Of a stretch of 64,000 bases of DNA, positions 40,615 to 52,192 are shown piece after piece. The number at the start of each line of letters is the position of its first letter. The first letter of the stretch is position 1. The position numbers were made by a program, and so were the translations under genes. The stretch is from an uncultured delta proteobacterium (GTDB lineage: Bacteria; Desulfobacterota; WTBG01; CAIYCZ01; CAIRTM01), in contig CAVRBJ010000038.1 of the NCBI GenBank assembly GCA_963718965.1, positions 86,402 to 150,401 of the forward strand, read 5' to 3'. A model generated the notes under the pieces. The model searched no databases. It was not told where the DNA came from and saw only the letters and a program-made list of their open reading frames with translations.

Positions 40615-42137
40615 TGAAAGAACAAGATATCATTAAAGGCTTAAAAAGGATCGTTGGTGCCGACTGGGTGCGCTCAGACGAGCTCAGCCGTTTTCATAAC
40701 GGCGCTGATGTGCTCACGCATTTCGGCCAGGGCGCTTTGTATCCAGAGAATCATCCCGTTGCGGTTGTCATGCCCGGTTCAACCAAAGACGTGCAGGCAG
40801 TGGTAAGGTTTTGCAACAAAAACAGCATCCCTCTCTACTGCGTCGGCGGAGGAACAGTTCTTTTGATCGGCTCCATTCCCGGCAAACCCGACATGGGCAT
40901 CATCTTTGATTTTCACCGCATGCAGAAGGTGACACTAGATAAAGACCGCCTTGTCGTTCGTGCTCAACCCGGTGCGACAGGCCTCCAGGTCAGTCAGCTT
41001 GTGCGCAATCAGCAAATCGGCTATCGGCCCTACTTCGGCGGCAGCCCCGGCACATCACTGTTCGTGCCCTATCAGGTATTTACCGGCCAGAATAAAATGG
41101 CAGGCTATCTCGACGGCATGGGCATCAACTGTGTTGCGGGAATGGAAATGATACTTCCGAGCGGTGAAATCGTCCGCACGGGCTCCATGATGAATCCGAA
41201 GGCTCCAGGCTGGCCCCATGGCCCCGGCCCTGCCCTTACGTATCTGCCTTTTTTCTCTAATGCAGGGTATGGCGTTGTTACTGAAATGGAGTTCCGCTGC
41301 TTTTCAACACCTAATGAAAACGCCTCTCTCTGGGTTACGTTCAAGAGCCTGGCTGTTGCCTGCAAGGCAATGAATGCAGTTATCAGAAGCGAGTATGCCT
41401 GCGGCGCTACGGTCATGGGCCCCGGCTGCTGGACACATGCTCTCTACTCCTCTCAGCACTGGCAGGAAGGCGCCCATTTTGTCAAGGGCACGCAGGACAT
41501 CAATCTCATCGGGATGTCATTTCGCGGCTCCAAGCGCAAGGTTGATTATGAGCGCAAGGCATGCATAAAACTTCTTGAAAAGCACGGCGGTACGGTTATG
41601 CCCTCATGGCTTGTTGCCATTCTTGATGGTCATGAGGCAAATGCAGCAGGCTGGCAGCAGTGCAACAGCCCCAAAATATGCGGCACGCTCAACGGCAAGT
41701 CAAATTCCGGCGGCATTTTCGTTTCCGGCGGCGTGTTCGATCAGATGAAGCAGCTTGAGGACTATATGCGCCTTGGCATGGCTGAGTATCAGGATGTATG
41801 TCGCAAGAACCCTGAATTCCTGAACCATCCGCATCCCACAATTCGCCTCTACGCAAGCTGCGGTCAGACCTATCTTTCCATGGGCGGACATGCAAATGCC
41901 GCAGGCGAAGTTATTTTCGTTCTCGACTATGCAAGCCGTCAGTTTCTGCCCATGATCGGCGAAATCAAGGGTCGGTTCGACAAGCTTATGAAGGATATCG
42001 GCATGGCGCCTCTGGGCGTTGGTCGTGACGGCCGCACCTGGACTGAATGCCACGATCATTTCGAAGTAGCAAAAATCATCAAAAAGACTGTGGATCCAAA
42101 TGGCTTCATGGCTCCAGGTGTTGCTTTCCCGCTGTAG
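40614..42137 (+). CDS. FAD-binding oxidoreductase (FAD_binding_4 type), copy 4 (intact)
   Basis: The start overlaps the stop of the Fe-S gene by 1 nt. ...PVAVVMPGSTKDVQAVVRFCNKNSIPLYCVGGGTVLLIG...IFDFHRMQKV...PGATGLQVSQL... The C-terminus is ...AKIIKKTVDPNGFMAPGVAFPL. Confidence 0.85.
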   Translation: MKEQDIIKGLKRIVGADWVRSDELSRFHNGADVLTHFGQGALYPENHPVAVVMPGSTKDVQAVVRFCNKNSIPLYCVGGGTVLLIGSIPGKPDMGIIFDFHRMQKVTLDKDRLVVRAQPGATGLQVSQLVRNQQIGYRPYFGGSPGTSLFVPYQVFTGQNKMAGYLDGMGINCVAGMEMILPSGEIVRTGSMMNPKAPGWPHGPGPALTYLPFFSNAGYGVVTEMEFRCFSTPNENASLWVTFKSLAVACKAMNAVIRSEYACGATVMGPGCWTHALYSSQHWQEGAHFVKGTQDINLIGMSFRGSKRKVDYERKACIKLLEKHGGTVMPSWLVAILDGHEANAAGWQQCNSPKICGTLNGKSNSGGIFVSGGVFDQMKQLEDYMRLGMAEYQDVCRKNPEFLNHPHPTIRLYASCGQTYLSMGGHANAAGEVIFVLDYASRQFLPMIGEIKGRFDKLMKDIGMAPLGVGRDGRTWTECHDHFEVAKIIKKTVDPNGFMAPGVAFPL

Positions 42138-42154
42138 CAACAGTCGATAGACAT

Positions 42155-42191
42155 AAAAAAAGGCCGGTGATTCAATCACCGGCCTTTTTTT
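42155..42191. terminator. Bidirectional intrinsic terminator after the flavoprotein cluster
   Basis: AAAAAAA, GGCCGGTGA, loop TTCAA, TCACCGGCC, TTTTTTT. Confidence 0.8.
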
Positions 42192-42230
42192 ATTACTCTG
42201 TATCTGTACTGTGCTACTTTGTTTTGCATA

Positions 42231-42781
42231 CATGGTTCGACCCTTTGACTGATCGACAGGCTCACAGTTCAGGACTCACCATGAACGGAATATCCATGTA
42301 ATTATGGTTATAAAACCGTTCGCAATAAGCTTGTCGAAGGATGAACGGCCCTTTTGCGGAGGATTATTAACATGGTGCATAGTACAGGCATTAAGTATGA
42401 TCTTCAGGAAAAGCTTATTTTAATTATTTTTTGACTTAAATTGATAAATAGATTAAATATTTAATCAGTTCGGGTTTAGTACCCTCGCAGCTAGAGCAAT
42501 TTAAGCTTAAGGTGGCCTTTGCTGCTTCCTTAGCGAACCCCGGCCCGTACGCTCTGAGCCTCTCGAAAGTTGCACGGGAAAAACCTGATGCCCTTTTGCA
42601 CTTTCATGGTTCGACAAGCTCATTACGATCGGAAATGGAAGCTGCCACAAAATATTGAAAACAGTTCCAGGTGTCATCACAACCTTAACTTGCGCTAGCC
42701 GCGCATCCAGTCATTTCGTCGTATGCCGGACGCCTGAACAAAGAAGACTGGATACCGGATCAAGTCCGGCATCACGAAATG
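42231..42781. repeat. Non-coding tract dense in imperfect inverted repeats and a recurring GTCGAAC(C)ATG-type motif
   Basis: CATGGTTCGAC occurs at 42231 and 42605, and its near-complement GTCGAAGGATGAA at 42333. The hairpin CCGTTC...GAACGG spans 42316-42348. The segment 42316-42343 is about 80 percent identical to the reverse complement of 42605-42632. A long hairpin pairs CATTTCGTCGTATGCCGGAC (42712-42731) with GTCCGGCATCACGAAATG (42764-42781). No ORF is present. Confidence 0.45.
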
Positions 42782-42845
42782 TTTTCAATACCCCGTCCGC
42801 ATACGGCGAGATGCTTTATTAATACAGTATGGTGTGTTGAGAACT

Positions 42846-45800
42846 ATGAAGCTGTTCACGCCAAAAGTATGGTTAAAAAAATGCTCGCCTAATTTTGGCA
42901 TCGGGCAAAGTCTTATTTGGTCAATACTGCTTTTCGGTTTGTTTATTTCGATAGGTACCGGGGCTATTCAAAGCTATTTTGATTATCAAAAGGAACTGGC
43001 GGTACTTGATCAAAACTTATCAGATATTGAGCATACACACTTTCCATCAATTATAGAAAATGTATGCTCAAAAAATACTGGTTTACTAATCAAGCAAGCA
43101 TGCGCCATTAAAAATATCCGCCATATTGTGCATGTAACTATCAATGACGGACAAAATGAACTGGCTTTTGCCGGAGAAATTTCAGGCAGGCGACTGATCA
43201 GCCGCCACTATCCAATAACTTGTTTTTATGACAAAGCTACAAGACAAACAGGCCTTCTGACAGTAACAGCCAGCGCCGATGGCATTATTTCCGCTTTCAA
43301 GAATTCCTTTTTCAAAATTCTTATCCGCGATGCAACAAACACCCTGCTGCTTGCAGGTGCAATTTTTCTGTGTTTCCATTATTTCTTCAAGCGTCGTGTG
43401 AAAGCACTTATTTCCTACCTTCAGGCACTTTCAGAGCAACAGTTCCAACAGCCTCTTGCTCTCAGGCGCAGACGCAGAAAAAAGCCTGATGAGCTGGATG
43501 CAGTAACTGCTTCAATAAATACCGTGCGGGAAAAGCTGCTGTCCTGCTGTGCGCAATTGGACGAAAAACAGCTGCACATAAACACCCCTGAATCCGTGCT
43601 GTCGCAGGTGCTGCACTCGATCCCCCTGTCAATTTTCTGGAAAGACTCACAGGGCGTCTATCTCGGCTGCAATAAAAAATTTTCTCTTTTGGTCGGTCTT
43701 GAATCACCTGATCAAATTATTGGAAAAACCGATGTCATTCTGAACTGTGCGACAGAAAAAGCCGAGCAGCTCCGGGTATTGGATCGGAAAGTCATTGAAA
43801 AAAAACAGACGCAGCATATCGTTCAACAGCTGCGAATGCCCTCTGGGGCACCGCAATGGCTGGATATTACCCTGGTGCCGCTTATCAATGAGGCAGGTTC
43901 AAGCTATGGCGTTCTCGGGCTTATCGCTGATATTAACGAACAGAAACTGGCGCAGGAAAGCCTGCGCCAGAGTGAGCAGCGTTTTCGGAGTTATTTCGAA
44001 CTGCCGCTTACCGGTATTGTCATTACTTCCGTTGAAAAAAACTGGCTTGATGTTAATGAGCGTGCATGCTCAATACTGGGCTATACAAAAGAAGAACTCC
44101 TGCAAAAAACATGGTCGTCAATGACACACCCGGATGACCTTGCCGTCGATGTTGAAAAATTCAATCTAATGCTTGCATGGGGCAATTGATCAATATGCCA
44201 TGGAGAAGCGCTTTATACGAAAGGATGGCAGCATTGTATATGTAAACCTGGCTGTCGGCTGCGTGCGCACTACAGACGGTTCCGTTGACTATGTTGTTGC
44301 GCTTTTTGACGATATATCCGGGCAAAAAAAATCACAAAATGAGCTTGTCATGCTGTCTGCCGCTGTTCAACAGGCACACGAAATTATCATCATTACAGAT
44401 ATGCAGGCTGTTATCCAGTATGTTAATCCGGAATTCACCCGCATTACGGGCTATAGCAGCCAGGAGGCCATCGGGCACACACCCGCGCTGCTGCGCAGCG
44501 GAAAGCATGATGAAATTTTCTACAAAATGCTCTGGTCAACGATTGTGCAGGGTGCAGCATGGCGCGGCAGATTTGTTAACCGAAAAAAAAATGGCGAGCT
44601 CTATGATGAGGAAGCCGCCATTTTTCCCATACGCAGCGCAGCAGGAATCCTTACAAACTATGTTGCCGTCAAACGTGACATAACCCATGATCTCAAGATT
44701 GAGCAGCAGTTGCGGCAGGTTCAAAAAATGGAAGCAATCGGAACGCTTGCCGGAGGTATCGCCCATGATTTCAATAATATTCTTGGCGTTATTTACGGCT
44801 ATGCCGAAATGTCCATGGACCCTGCGGAAACAATGCCGCAGATAAACAGCAATCTCCATCAGCTCATCAGCGCGGCAAACCGCGCAAAAGATCTCATACG
44901 CCAGATTCTCACCATCAGCCGGCAGACGGAAAAGGAGGCCCTGCCGGTGACAATCTCTCCTATCATCAAGGAGGTCATCAGATTCATACGCGCCTCACTG
45001 CCCTCAACAATACAGATAAAGCAGGCACTGACTGCAAAAAACGACCTGATTCTTGCCGATCCGATACAGATACACCAGCTGCTTATGAATCTGTGCACAA
45101 ATGCCGGCCACGCAATGAAGGATTCAGGCGGCGTTCTTGAAATCAGCCTTAAAAACCTTTACTTCAGCGATGAGGATGTGCGGGAATTTCCTTTATTGAA
45201 AAGCGGCGATTATATTTGCCTGTCGGTTCACGACACGGGTTGCGGCATATCAAACAGTAATATGGAGCATATTTTTGAGCCGTATTTTACGACAAAAGAA
45301 CCCAGCGAAGGAACCGGACTTGGCCTGGCTATGGTGCATGGTATCGTGCGTAAATGCGGCGGCGATATCAGGGTCTATAGCGATGTCGGTAAGGGTTCGC
45401 AGTTCAATATTTATCTGCCGGTCATAGCAAGAGAGTCCGAGAATACCATCGAAACAGCCACGGAAATTCCACGGGGCACAGAGCATATATTATTTGTCGA
45501 TGATGAAATAGCGCTGGTAAAAACAAGCAAAATAATTCTTGAGCGTCTCGGCTACACGGTCACAGGCATGACAAGCTCAGAGCAGGCGCTGGCTTTATTC
45601 AGGAAGTCGCCGGATGCATTTGAGCTTTTAATAACGGATAAAACCATGCCTGAGCTATCGGGGTTTGATCTCATGCAGGCGATTAAGTCTCAGCGGCCGG
45701 ATATGCCGATGATTCTCTGCACGGGCGTAAGTGTCAAATCGGATATTGAAAAAATTCGGGAGATGGGTATCAATGCATTTGTTTTGAAGCCCTTCAACAA

Positions 45801-45873
45801 ACAAGAGCTTGCCTGCATAATCAGAGATGTTCTGGATCATAGACATGTGCCGGAATGGGCTGAGAAAACCTGA
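42846..45873 (+). CDS. Hybrid sensor histidine kinase/response regulator (TM, PAS x3, HisKA, HATPase, REC); one frameshift near 44180
   Basis: The N-terminus has two hydrophobic spans and PAS modules follow. The H-box region is ...LAGGIAHDFNNILGVI... The ATPase boxes are ...NLCTNAGHAM...DTGCGI...GTGLGLAMV... The receiver is ...ILFVDDE...LLITDKTMPELSG...KPF... The fragments are 42834-44189 and 44173-45873. Confidence 0.85.
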
Positions 45874-45895
45874 AAAAAGCCTGCTGCACAAACCA

Positions 45896-46906
45896 CTATA
45901 CCAGGAACTGCTGCAGCCGGGACTCCATCTCTTCATAGTGGAAAAGCCTGCCGAAATCCATAAGGCCGGACAGGGCACGAGAGTGAACCCTGAACCCGCT
46001 CTCCTCGAGAATTGAAACCGGATTTAAACCGCCGATCACGATGGCGCCCGCACGGCCTTCGCTCACCGGAATATCCAGAAGCGGCTGGCCGGGGCGGCCG
46101 ATACACATGAATGCGCCAAGGCCCGCCTTTTCAAGCTTCTCAGCAATTGTCTCTACCATATCTCTGCTTTCTGCGGGAAACTCCCTGAACCCGACTCCGA
46201 TACGGCCATTGCCGGTTTTGATAGCGCCGATATAGTTGGTCATGCCGCTGCGGATAAAAATCTCTAGGGGGTCAATGCTCGTGCCGTCATACATGATGAT
46301 CTCGACAAACCGCACGGGCTTCTTGTCGCGCAGTTCCAGCACTCCGCCAAAACGCGAATTTGTGGGAATGCCGTGCTGCAGCAATACGCCGTTGAGAGTA
46401 ATCGAGCAGACAGTGCAGATCCCGATCATGCCCTCAGGTACGGTCAGCTGACCAATGCGCTCACCGGGAGCAAGAAAAGTAATCAAATTGCCCATGGCAT
46501 AGCCATCGGCATACACTTTCTGCATCATGGGAAGACACTCGGCAACCTGACGCGGATCCGCCAGCGTCGTATTCACAACAAGCTTTCCGGTTCGATTGGC
46601 AAGGTTGAAATTCATACGATAGGTCATCTGGTCTATTTTCGCGGAAAGAAAGCCGACGCGCTCAATCGTCTTGCTTGACTCGAATTCAGACAATCCAAGC
46701 TCGGTAATGCGATGGCAGCACTTATCAGTTTTTTCGATCAGCCCAGCATCAAACATTTCCTGCAAATAGAGCCTTACGGTGCGCTCGCTTATTTCATGTC
46801 CTTGCGACAAAAGCTCCTGGGCTATTTTGGAGCTGCGCATGGGCTTTTCAATATCTTTGATTATGCTTAAAATAGCATTTTTTTTCTTTGCAGCTTTTTC
46901 ATGCAT
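45896..46906 (-). CDS. nrpR: NrpR-like regulator (winged HTH plus one DUF128/NRD domain)
   Basis: Intact 336-aa ORF. ...ILSIIKDIEKPMRSSKIAQELLSQGHEISERTVRLYLQEMFDAGLIEK...ITELGLSEFESSKTIERVGFLSAKIDQMTYRMNFNLANRTGKLVVNTTL... matches the N-terminal architecture I know from methanogen NrpR (HTH, then an NRD beginning ...RVGF...). It is divergent from gdhA. Confidence 0.75.
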   Translation of the reverse strand: MHEKAAKKKNAILSIIKDIEKPMRSSKIAQELLSQGHEISERTVRLYLQEMFDAGLIEKTDKCCHRITELGLSEFESSKTIERVGFLSAKIDQMTYRMNFNLANRTGKLVVNTTLADPRQVAECLPMMQKVYADGYAMGNLITFLAPGERIGQLTVPEGMIGICTVCSITLNGVLLQHGIPTNSRFGGVLELRDKKPVRFVEIIMYDGTSIDPLEIFIRSGMTNYIGAIKTGNGRIGVGFREFPAESRDMVETIAEKLEKAGLGAFMCIGRPGQPLLDIPVSEGRAGAIVIGGLNPVSILEESGFRVHSRALSGLMDFGRLFHYEEMESRLQQFLV

Positions 46907-47199
46907 TCCGGCAAAACCTCACAGTCTCAATTGCAGCAAAAATTAATATACTACTGCCGATTTTTATAACATCACAATAACGGTTTTTGAAGGTTAACAA
47001 ATATTATATGGCTAATCAAACATTTTTTAAAAAAAAGTACTTTATCTGAATTGTCGATAATTGGCAAAAAATCCTATCGTAAAAAAAAAATATGGCATTT
47101 TTGCCAAATAATAAAGCTAAAATTTTAACAATTATATGCTAACCATTCAAAATAAATTGACTATTTACAGTATTACTGTTACATATATCAAAGTTAGCA

Positions 47200-48742
<1,543 letters not shown>

Positions 48743-48758
48743 TCAGTTTAAGCACGGG

Positions 48759-48790
48759 AAGCCCCTTCGTCAGCGAAGGGGCTTTTTTTT
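48759..48790 (+). terminator. Intrinsic terminator after gdhA
   Basis: AAGCCCCTTCG, loop TCAG, CGAAGGGGCTT, then a T-run. Confidence 0.8.
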
Positions 48791-49036
48791 TACAGCTACC
48801 TTTTCGGTTCAACCGGTAAAAAACCTTCCAGCATAAAATTCCACCCTTTTCAGCAAATTTCGACACTCATACCATGAAGCACTAAGTCAACAAACACCCT
48901 GTTGGTGTTGGTTTTCATTAATACCAAACATGACTGCATAGTCTATATCTAGTATGCGTTTGGACTTGACACACCATATGTTTTTTATCTATACTTCAAG
49001 ACAAGAAAATTCAAAAAAACTTTGAAGAGATTGAAT

Positions 49037-50242
49037 ATGAAAATAAAAAAAATATTTATTTTTGTCTTTTTAGCAACTTTTTTTACTTTTTTCTTATTCC
49101 AAATCGCCCCTGCCATTGCTGCAAAAAAGAAAATAACAAAACAGCCTCCTGCGGCAACGGAAAAACAAAAACCTGATCAGGATGAATCAGGCAGTGCGCC
49201 TTCAGGTGCCAATAAAACCTCGGAACAAAAAACCAACTCAAAAAATCCTTATCTTGGCGCTATACTTATTGATGCTGCAAGCGGCAAAGTGCTGTTTGAA
49301 GATAATCCAGATGCGAAGGGCAATCCGGCAAGCATCATCAAGCTCATAAACCTGCTTGTAGTGCTCGAGCATATAAAAAATCGATCCATCACTCTTTCGG
49401 ACAATATCACCATCACTGCTGAGGCCTCAAAAACAGGAGGCTCCCAGGTTTACCTGAAAGAGAATGAAGTGTTCACGGTTGACGAACTGCTCTATGCGCT
49501 CATGGTTCAGTCTGGCAATGATGCTGCAGTTGCCCTTGCCATACATGTCGGCGGAACAAAAGACGCCTTTGTCGAACTCATGAATGCAAAGGCGCAGCAG
49601 CTGGGCATGACCAACACAAAATTCCACTCAGTGCATGGCCTGCCGCCCGGCAAGGACCAGATGCCAGACGTATCAACCCCGCGCGACATTGCCATACTGT
49701 GCCGAGAACTGCTTAAATGGAATGATGTGCTGCGCTACACATCGGTTAAAGAGCGACCCTTCCGGCCTGATGCTGCCCAGCCCTTTATCATGCGCAACCA
49801 TAACAAGCTGCTGGGGAGTTTTGAAGGCTGCGACGGATTTAAGACGGGATATTACAGAGTGGCAGGCTTCTCTATTGCGGCAACAGCTACAAAAAGAAGT
49901 GCGCGGGCCATCGCAGTTGTTTTCGGCAGCCAGAACCGCCATGTTCGCGATGCAAAAACAAAGGAGTTGCTTGCCCGAGGCCTTGCCGAGCTTGTAAAAA
50001 ACGCCCCGCCTGCAGCTGCGCCAGCAGCTGCTGTTGCTACAGCCCCGGCAGCAGCTGCGTCTGAACAGCCTGTTGTTGCAGAAAAACCGGTTGTTCATGC
50101 CGATGCCGCTGATAAAGATGTCGTTCAGATATCAACGCGCACGCTTAAAATTATAGGCATTTCAGCTGCGGCTTTTATTATCCTTCTTGCATGCTTTTTT
50201 ATGTTTAAAGGCAAAAAAAAGAAAGACTTTTTAAACGACTGA
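49037..50242 (+). CDS. D-alanyl-D-alanine carboxypeptidase (peptidase S11, PBP5/6-like) with C-terminal membrane anchor
   Basis: The gene is intact, with a signal peptide. Motifs are SxxK (ASIIKL), SGN (VQSGNDAA) and KTG (FKTGY). An Ala/Pro-rich linker and a terminal hydrophobic helix follow. Confidence 0.85.
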   Translation: MKIKKIFIFVFLATFFTFFLFQIAPAIAAKKKITKQPPAATEKQKPDQDESGSAPSGANKTSEQKTNSKNPYLGAILIDAASGKVLFEDNPDAKGNPASIIKLINLLVVLEHIKNRSITLSDNITITAEASKTGGSQVYLKENEVFTVDELLYALMVQSGNDAAVALAIHVGGTKDAFVELMNAKAQQLGMTNTKFHSVHGLPPGKDQMPDVSTPRDIAILCRELLKWNDVLRYTSVKERPFRPDAAQPFIMRNHNKLLGSFEGCDGFKTGYYRVAGFSIAATATKRSARAIAVVFGSQNRHVRDAKTKELLARGLAELVKNAPPAAAPAAAVATAPAAAASEQPVVAEKPVVHADAADKDVVQISTRTLKIIGISAAAFIILLACFFMFKGKKKKDFLND

Positions 50243-50283
50243 TACCACGACGTTGCGCATATGATTTCATATACGATATAAAA

Positions 50284-50315
50284 AGCCCGTTCCGACAGCA
50301 TGACGGGCTTTTTTA
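50284..50315. terminator. Intrinsic terminator after the carboxypeptidase gene
   Basis: AGCCCGT, a 12-nt loop, ACGGGCT, then TTTTTT, with an A-run upstream. Confidence 0.75.
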
Positions 50316-50389
50316 ATCATCCTTATTTCCGGCTGAGCTGGAGCATGGTTAACGTATAATCAGAATTATGTTTTTGAAAGGATCGCCAT

Positions 50390-50716
50390 ATGCCCTACCG
50401 AGGCAGGAATAAAACACGTTGGCCAAAAGTTACAGCCGAACCAAAAAGCGTTGAAGAACTTCTCAAGGAGATGAAAAAAAACCCTTCTGCCGATGCTAAC
50501 TACCGGGAGCGGTCTCTGAAAATTCATGGACTTATTTGCGCCAAGTGCGGCACAGAGTTTGAACTTGCTAACAAACATCTTCTGACCGTACACCACAAAG
50601 ACGGCAATCATAAAAACAACCCGCCCGACGGATCCAACTGGGAAAATCTCTGCATCTACTGCCATGACGATGAGCACAGCAGAGGTGTTCTGGCTGATTA
50701 TCTTACAAAAGGATAA
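50390..50716 (+). CDS. yajD: YajD family HNH nuclease
   Basis: Intact 108-aa ORF. ...ERSLKIHGLICAKCGTEFELANKHLLTVHHKDGNHKNNPPDGSNWENLCIYCHDDEH... contains the HNH/Zn motif. Confidence 0.8.
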   Translation: MPYRGRNKTRWPKVTAEPKSVEELLKEMKKNPSADANYRERSLKIHGLICAKCGTEFELANKHLLTVHHKDGNHKNNPPDGSNWENLCIYCHDDEHSRGVLADYLTKG

Positions 50717-51136
50717 ACTATAAAACTCAGCTCTTTATCCCGCACTTTCACTATTTAGGTTTATCTTCATCTGACAAAAAAAATATAACTTCTGGTAATA
50801 TAGAATAATTACGTAATGGTCCGCAATCCAAATTAAGAGCCGCTACATGTGGAGTTTTTTGCCGGGCAAACACGGATTCAAGATACGGCATGCTCTATCC
50901 TTCCTGGATTAAATTAAATTAAAGCCGGTTGCCTTGCGACTATCGCTCATGAAGGCGGACCCGTTTGGAATCAATCAGTAATAAAGGAACTGTTGTTACG
51001 GGACATGTACCTGCGTACCATTAAAACGCTTGTGCATGATACATATTTGAACTAGTGCGGGACACTTTTTAATAGACGAAACCTTTTATTTATTATAACT
51101 ACCTGAAAAAACACATTTTAATTAATAAATCCGAAT

Positions 51137-51151
51137 TGGCACAATACTTGT
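51137..51151 (+). promoter_or_regulatory. Candidate sigma54 (-24/-12) promoter upstream of the riboswitch leader
   Basis: TGGCAC-AATAC-TTGT has the canonical 5-nt spacing. The -12 element is TTGT instead of TTGC. Confidence 0.3.
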
Positions 51152-51244
51152 ATAAAATATTTATTGAGTGCATGAACAGGTTCTAAATTTAAATGTTCAG
51201 TGGGCGTTTTCTTGTGATTCGAACATAAAGGACATTTCAAAGTA

Positions 51245-51335
51245 CCAAACCGAAAAGAGCACACTACTTCGTAAGAGTAGGTCGCAAAGTTACCGATCCT
51301 GAAATGCAAGGACAGCGGGACTGCCGGTAGTGAAA
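51245..51335 (+). promoter_or_regulatory. Candidate c-di-GMP-I (GEMM) riboswitch aptamer
   Basis: AGCACAC, then the hairpin CUACU(U)C-GUAA-GAGUAG capped by a GNRA tetraloop (51271-51274), then GGUCGCAAAGUUACCGAUCCU ... AGGACAGCGGGACUGCCGGUAG. Compare the Vc2 aptamer blocks GGGCAAACC...GAAA...GGGACGCAAAGCC and AGCGGGGUUACCG. The downstream operon encodes a PilZ protein. Confidence 0.6.
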
Positions 51336-51352
51336 TTATTTGTCACAGCCGG

Positions 51353-51381
51353 CCTCTCCTTATTCCCAGGAGGGGTTTTTT
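51353..51381 (+). terminator. Riboswitch expression platform: terminator hairpin that also sequesters the RBS
   Basis: CCTCTCC (51353-51359), a 9-nt loop, GGAGGGG (51369-51375), then TTTTTT. The 3' arm contains the AGGAGG that serves the TTG start at 51383. Confidence 0.6.
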
Positions 51382-51382
51382 A

Positions 51383-51862
51383 TTGCAAGAAAGACATAGG
51401 CTTTTCTTCTACAGAGACCACAATGACATGAGGCTCAATATGGATGTACATTTTAAAAAACCTCGCATACTGATAGTGGATGACAGTCGTCATATCCGTG
51501 ATGTTATCAGGTCGTTTTACGATGAATACGGCTTTGATGTGCTGGAGGCGGTTAACGGGAGGGAAGCGGTGGAGATGGCCCGGACACATGCACCTGACCT
51601 GATTCTGTTGGACATACAGATGCCGGTGATGAACGGCTACGAGGCAGCCGTCATTTTAAAAAATGACAAGGCTCTTAAAGACATCCCGCTACTTGTCCTT
51701 ACTGGTCAGGCATTTTGTGAGGTGACGGAACGGATAAGCGGTATGTATGACGGGTATCTGAGTAAACCTTTTAATCAGGAAGATCTGATAAAAGAGACCA
51801 TGCAGTGCTTGTCCAATAGAATATCTAAACCACTCGTAGACACTCAAACAAAGAGTGTATAA
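51383..51862 (+). CDS. Single-domain response regulator (CheY-like receiver)
   Basis: ...ILIVDDSRHIRDVIRSFYDEYGFDVLEAVNGREAVEMARTHAPDLILLDIQMPVMNGYE...LVLTGQA...YLSKPF... The start is TTG at 51383, or an internal ATG at 51428 or 51440. Confidence 0.85.
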   Translation: MQERHRLFFYRDHNDMRLNMDVHFKKPRILIVDDSRHIRDVIRSFYDEYGFDVLEAVNGREAVEMARTHAPDLILLDIQMPVMNGYEAAVILKNDKALKDIPLLVLTGQAFCEVTERISGMYDGYLSKPFNQEDLIKETMQCLSNRISKPLVDTQTKSV

Positions 51863-51927
51863 TCAGGTAATAACGACCACGTCAATACAGTTATATTTTT
51901 GATAGTTTTAAACCAGTGGAGGGGTAC

Positions 51928-52192
51928 ATGCAGAATATGGAAGAATCTTTCTATGAAAAGATGCGCGACAAGGTTCGATTCAATATTGAACTCAACATTA
52001 GGTATTGCATCAAGGGGCATGGCCAGCAGCATCAGGAATGTCGGATAGCCAATTTGAGCGCCAGCGGTGCAATAGAACACTTCCCTCGTACGGAAAGCCC
52101 CATACGTTGTTGTGAACATCGGATTGCATAGTACTGGTGGTCGCAGTAAAGCGTCACAAAATCAATCTTGGGAAACTGAAAAGTGCTCATGA
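51928..52192 (+). CDS. PilZ domain protein (c-di-GMP receptor); one frameshift near 52075
   Basis: The ATG at 51928 follows GGAGGGG. The motifs are RxxxR (RDKVR) and (D/N)xSxxG (NLSASG). After the shift the frame reads ...LVRKAPYVVVNIGLHSTGG... and ends at TGA 52190-52192, which overlaps the next ATG (ATGA). Confidence 0.65.

Noticed and set aside
50735-51069. The 9-nt inverted match TCCCGCACT (about 50738) / AGTGCGGGA (about 51054), considered as possible MITE ends flanking about 300 bp.
   Set aside because: The match is too short to be significant in 64 kb. There are no target-site duplications and no other copies in the window.
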